NCBI RefSeq assembly: GCF_036365525.1
Contig: NC_090374.1
Coordinates: 14,673,168-14,737,167 of the forward strand
DNA from: Heterodontus francisci
Taxonomy: Eukaryota
DNA length: 64,000 nt
Direction: 5' to 3'
Shown: positions 62,911 to 64,000 of the stretch, one piece after another
Position numbering within the stretch: position 1 is the stretch's first letter
Layout of the letters: each line of letters begins with the position of its first letter
Translations under genes and position numbers: made by a program
Notes under the pieces: model-generated
Told to the model about the DNA's origin: nothing
Seen by the model: only the letters and a program-made list of their open reading frames with translations
Databases searched by the model: none

Positions 62911-63316
62911 CTATTAGGAGGACCCTCCAGCAGAGGGCTGGTGAGGGACCCCCGCCGAGATCAAAAAGGGACAGGCAGGCACAAGGCTGGCAAAAGGTTA
63001 GACAGGGAAGGGGAAAAAGTGACCAAGAGGGCAGGTTAAAGGAAGTCAGGGAGGAATTCCAGATGAAAACCCCTACTGTCCGGTCAGCCTACCCTGAAAA
63101 ATGTGAAAAGTTAGACCCCACATCCTCCTACATAAATGCAAACACTAGAAGCACCCCACTGGAGTTGCTAACAGTATTTACAGGAACCTGCAGAAACAAA
63201 GAAAGACCTCTAGGGGGCAGAGAAACCATGAGGTTGATGCCTCACCTAGTCGAAGGGCCATACGGGAGTGCAGTAGAGTCTGCGCAAACACCTGCAGGCA
63301 GGAGTGTTCTCTGGGA

Positions 63317-64000
63317 CAAACAAAGAACAAAGATAATTACAGCACAGGAACAGGCCCTTCGGCCCTCCAAGCCTGCGCCGATCCAGATCCTCTCTCTAAA
63401 CATGTCGCCTATTTTCTAAGGTTCTGTATCTCTTTTCTTCCTGCCCATTCATGTATCTGTCTGGATACATCTTAAAAGACTCCATCGTGCCCGCATCTAC
63501 CACCTCTGCTGGCAATGCGTTCCAGGTGCCCACCACCCTCTGCGTAAAGAACTTTCCACGCATATCCCCCCTAAACTTTTCCCCTTTCACTTTGAACTCG
63601 TGTCCTCCAGTAATTGAAACCCCCACTCTGGGAAAAAGCCTCTTGCTATCCACCCTGTCTATACCTCTCATGATTTTGTACACCTCAATCAGGTCCCCCC
63701 TCAACCTCCGTCTTTCTAATGAAAATAATCCTAATCTACTCAACCTCTCTTCATAGCTAGCGCCCTCCATACCAGGCAACATCCTGGTGAACCTCCTCTG
63801 CACCCTCTCCAAAGCATCCACATCCTTTTGATAATGTGGCGACCAGAACTGTACGCAGTATTCCAAATGTGGCCGAACCAAAGTCCTATACAACTGTAAC
63901 ATGACCTGCCAACTCTTGTACTCAATACCCCGTCCGATGAAGGAAAGCATGCCGTATGCCTTCTTGACCACTCTATTTACCTGCGTTGCCACCTTCAGGG
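63317..64000 (-). mobile_element. CR1 3' end (continues beyond the window)
   Basis: ORF 63396..63992, CR1 ORF2 C-terminus. Confidence 0.9.

Larger units (their letters stand above)
54651..63320 (+). mobile_element. Gmr1-like Gypsy LTR retrotransposon (decayed; 3' end outside the window) with nested insertions
   Basis: 5' LTR 54651-55535, degenerate tRNA-Pro-type PBS (TGGGTGCTAGT..) at ~55542; gag with SCAN-like region (57935..58555), CFHC..G..AGC knuckle, protease ILRESGA..GVD|VLLGNDL, then integrase Zn-binding region (QLVVPQRYR..CRSCHMCQ) directly after protease. Confidence 0.88.

Overview
Eukaryotic genomic DNA from a cartilaginous fish, most likely a shark: it carries HE1/V-SINEs, Deu-domain SINEs and elasmobranch-type CR1 LINEs. 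Most of the window is nested transposable-element sequence (several CR1 families, a single-ORF LINE with a tRNA/SINE-like 5' head, Tx1/L1, RTE, L2, Penelope, Gypsy LTR elements, minisatellites). One host gene is threaded through it on the minus strand: a Siglec-15-like immune receptor with exons V1 (54177-53794), V2 (42449-42099), TM (37788-37689, intramembrane Lys) and a probable short terminal exon (24615-24600). Its architecture is V-V rather than the canonical V-C2, and its leader exon probably lies beyond the window end. The most unusual element is a 2.2-kb internally deleted LTR element (59041-61227; 4-bp TSD, PPT, one full LTR) inserted in the protease of a Gmr1-like Gypsy. It encodes only an envelope gene with paramyxovirus-F-like (lokiretrovirus/errantivirus-type) organisation. 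Other notable signals are a U_UUA_AAC -1 frameshift motif at the CR1 ORF1/ORF2 junction (ORF2 has no ATG before its endonuclease), a LINE whose 5'UTR is its partner SINE, a twin-primed inverted RTE, hammerhead-ribozyme cores in Penelope ends, and a chimeric CR1 insertion carrying foreign genomic DNA. Exon, TSD and junction coordinates were read base by base; boundaries of old repeats are approximate. Family names are from recognition, not database searches.
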